From assembly GCA_013239625.1 (NCBI GenBank), contig MU053754.1, forward strand, positions 1,051,379 to 1,115,378: 64,000 nt of DNA, in the 5' to 3' direction. The stretch is from Lama guanicoe. Its lineage: Eukaryota. Both the position numbers and the translations under genes were made by a program. Below, in pieces: positions 61,283 through 64,000 of this stretch; position 1 is the first letter of the stretch; every line of letters starts with the position of its first letter. Below the pieces are notes generated by a model. That model ran no database searches. It had not been told where the DNA came from and saw nothing but the letters and a program-made list of their open reading frames with translations.

Positions 61283-62431
61283 ATAGGTTTCCCAGTACCA
61301 CTGTAATACGGTACCACAAACTAGGCGGCTTAATCAACAGAAACTACTGGCCCACAGTCCTGGAGGCTAGAGATCTGAGGTCAAAGTTTCAGCAGGGCCA
61401 CGCTCTCTCTGAAGGCTCTGGGGGGAATGTGGTCCATGCCTTTCTCTTACCTTCCAGAAGTTCTTTGGCTTATGGTAAAACTGAGTCACCCTAAAGTCAA
61501 GTTCCTCTGCCAAGTTTAAGATTAACCTCTCCACCCAAAATTGTATTCCCTTTCCTGTCCCACCCCTGTGCCTATCAAAATTGAGGGGTATCAAAGAAAA
61601 GGGGGGACGGAAACCAAGCAGGACCCTGTGGGGCCCTCCTGGGTACAAAAGCCCCTCCGTGTACCCCATTTCTTGTTTGTACAAAAAGGTTTTAGTCTCC
61701 CAGGTCTTCTCTGAGTTCTAAAGAGCAGAGACAGGAGTTAACTAATTAGGGAAGTGAGGGAAGGCAGGAACAAAGGAAAAGCAGACAAGGAAGAACAGTA
61801 CTGAAGCTTAAACAACAGTTCAGTGGTAAAGCAGAGTCCTAGTTCCTCCTCAAGGGATGTATCTAACCATCTGACACTTGTTGGTGGTTAAGATTCCAGA
61901 AACACCACCCTGCTGCCTCTCCACCATCAATCAGGAGAAAGTCATGTGCCCTGCAACCCTCACCCAACATGATGCCTTTACAAACCCTTCCCTGGAAGCC
62001 ATCAGAAGTCCGGGTCTCTTTAGCATGAGGTGCCAGTTCCCCTTGGCTGGTGCCAAAGTGACGGACGGATTGGGAGGGAAGGTGCGTAAACTAAACGCAG
62101 TACTGTCCTTCATCCCAACCCAACATCAGTAGATTAGCTTTGCCGCAGGGCAGGGGTGAGGACCCAAGTTCAATTCAGGAACAACAGCAGCAAATCCAGT
62201 CTCCACATACCTTCCAGCTGTGTCCTCACATCCATGTCTGTCTGTGGCCAAATTTCCCTTTTATAGGCATACCCATCGTATCGAGTTAGGGGCTTACCCC
62301 ATTGAAGTATGACCTCCTCTTAACTAATTATATCCCCAACAACTCTATTTCTGCATAAGGTCAATTTTCTGAGGTTCTGGGGGTTAGGAATCAACATACG
62401 GATTTGGGGGGACTTAATTCATCCCATAACA
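61283..62431 (-). mobile_element. MLT1C-like MaLR LTR split in two (61283-61475 and 62184-62431) by a younger LTR
   Basis: GTACCACAAACTAGGCGGCTTAA...CTCTGAAGGCTCT / GTATGACCTCCTCTTAACT...GGGTTAGGA...CCCATAACA. Confidence 0.8.
61476..62183 (+). mobile_element. ERV1-class LTR nested in MLT1, related to 40520-41150 but with a ~130-bp 5' extension
   Basis: Shares TGGGGCC, TCCTCAAGGG, TTCCCTG..AGCATGAG and GACCCAAGTT blocks with 40520-41150; ends in AACA. Confidence 0.75.
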
Positions 62432-63204
62432 GTGACTAAAAATACATCATATGCTATGTTGTTTCAACCATACCAACCTACAGCCCAACTGAGAAATCTC
62501 TGCCTCAGTATATTCATGCTTTTTTTCCCATTTGCTTTAAAAAATCACTATCAGTGTTTGTTCCTTAACTGTGGCTTCCGTGTCACCTCCCAGCATATGT
62601 CAGAGCATCGGGGCTCACAACCCATCTGTCTCTCCATCTTGCCAGTGATGACTAGTCCCCTGTGTTTTACATAAAGTGCTTATATCTTCAGCATATGTTT
62701 CCATCATAAGGAGACAAGTGTTAACCATAATGTAGACTTGGTAAGACCAAGTAGTTCAGCTTTCGGTGGAAACAGGCTGCTTAAATAACCAGCACACAGG
62801 CACAATGAGATGACGTGGCCAGGTCCAGAATCGGTGCCCCCCGCCCTCCCCCACCACCGGGGGAACCAATCTATTCTTACGGTGCTCTTTCTGCCCTGTG
62901 TCCAGACCCTCAACTTTACACTCTCCACCATTCCGTAACTGGACCTTGACTGCTAATGACCGCTGCTCTCTGAAGTGGCCATTATGGAGTCTTCCTCCTG
63001 AACCCAGACTTCCTGAACTCCTAGGGTCAGAGGGAGCAGTGATGGGATCTTTCCCCATCAACAAGCTGGAGCCCAAACCCATCTTTCAAAGAGACGGCGG
63101 CCGACCACAACTCCTGTCCTCTCCTTGACTAACGGCCATACTGAAACCGACTGTGTCCTCAATGACATGCCTGCTGAGGAAGCCTACTTCACAAGCTAAA
63201 TCTT

Positions 63205-63243
63205 CTTTTTCTTCCTCTCCTTTTTCAGTTTTATTAGGTAGGA
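63205..63243 (-). mobile_element. 39-bp retrotransposed 3' end (probably L1) with 17-bp TSD
   Basis: TTCACAAGCTAAATCTT at 63188-63204 and 63244-63260; insert reads CCTACCTAATAAAACTG plus an A-rich tail on the minus strand. Confidence 0.7.
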
Positions 63244-63420
63244 TTCACAAGCTAAATCTTAATAAATGTTACGTAACCCTGAACAGAGGAAGGTTGGTCA
63301 GAAGAACAACGCTGGGGCCAGGAGGCGGAGAATGTCAAGTTTCGATGCTAAAACGTGGCCTGTGTCATCAAGCAGAGGAAGGCACTGGAGAGAAGCCCCA
63401 GGCCCTAGATAACTCTAAAG

Positions 63421-63575
63421 CAGGGGTTCTCAAAGTGGGGACCAGGGACCATCACCGGAAGCTTCTTAGACACACAAATCCCGGGTCTTACCCCAGACCT
63501 GCAGGGCACGGCAAGCTGTGTTTTAACAAGTCTTCCAAGTGACTCTGAGCCTCGCTGAAGCTGGGGAACCTCGAC
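63421..63575. mobile_element. MER5A-like hAT MITE
   Basis: CAGGGGTTCTCAAAGTG...CCCCAGACCT...TTTTAACAAG...GTGACTCTGA...GGGAACC. Confidence 0.75.
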
Positions 63576-64000
63576 ACCAAGGGGGGACAATTCGTCTTTC
63601 TTCACTGCACAGGACTTTACGAAATCCCACTCCGGGTGTTGCTCCCTTCCCTCCGCGTTACCACGTACGTACGCTCTGAGTACCTAGCTGGCTCTGCAGG
63701 TAGACAACAGGCCGCTTAAATAAGCCACCACACAGTCATACCGAACCTCCACACTGCTCGCCACGCGAGTACTCGTAGCACTCCAGTTATTGAGAAAGAC
63801 AACCCTCTCGATCAAGCAGTAAGTCAATCTTTGGATGTGTGTGTGTGTGTGTGCATGTATAATTTCCTACCCAGTCAAGTGCATGTCTGCTCCTGAGCCT
63901 GGGAAGGGACTGCCCAAGATAACAGCACCCAACACCATCCAGGCCTAGCTGGCCTCCACTCTGCCTCGGCCTCACCTCTGTCTCTTCCTAAAACACAACT

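Overview
This is 64 kb of eutherian, most likely camelid (camel/alpaca/llama), genomic DNA, not microbial. The lineage call rests on three tRNA-derived SINEs of the Vic-1 type plus artiodactyl/camelid-style L1 3' ends. Much of the window is decayed interspersed repeat: L1 fragments of several ages, L2/MIR, MaLR/ERVL/ERV1 LTRs and hAT MITEs (MER3/5/20/58). None of the listed ORFs is a credible gene; the only protein-like ones are L1 ORF2 remnants. The window looks like the interior of very long intron(s) of an unidentified minus-strand gene. L1s are mostly on +, and there is one well-formed 48-nt minus-strand exon candidate (48932-48979) plus several possible alternative first exons or microexons. 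The most unusual unexplained structures are: a long degenerate inverted repeat (58585-58850 vs 59900-60139); a compact 184-bp multibranch fold-back (56534-56717); a candidate recursive splice site with a perfect TACTAAC branch point, a hairpin and a 30-nt poison RS-exon (7917-8008); an isolated L1 endonuclease fragment bounded by a direct repeat; and a young 30-bp minisatellite born inside an old L1MC. Repeat family names come from my recollection of consensus sequences and repeat boundaries are approximate; no searches were run.
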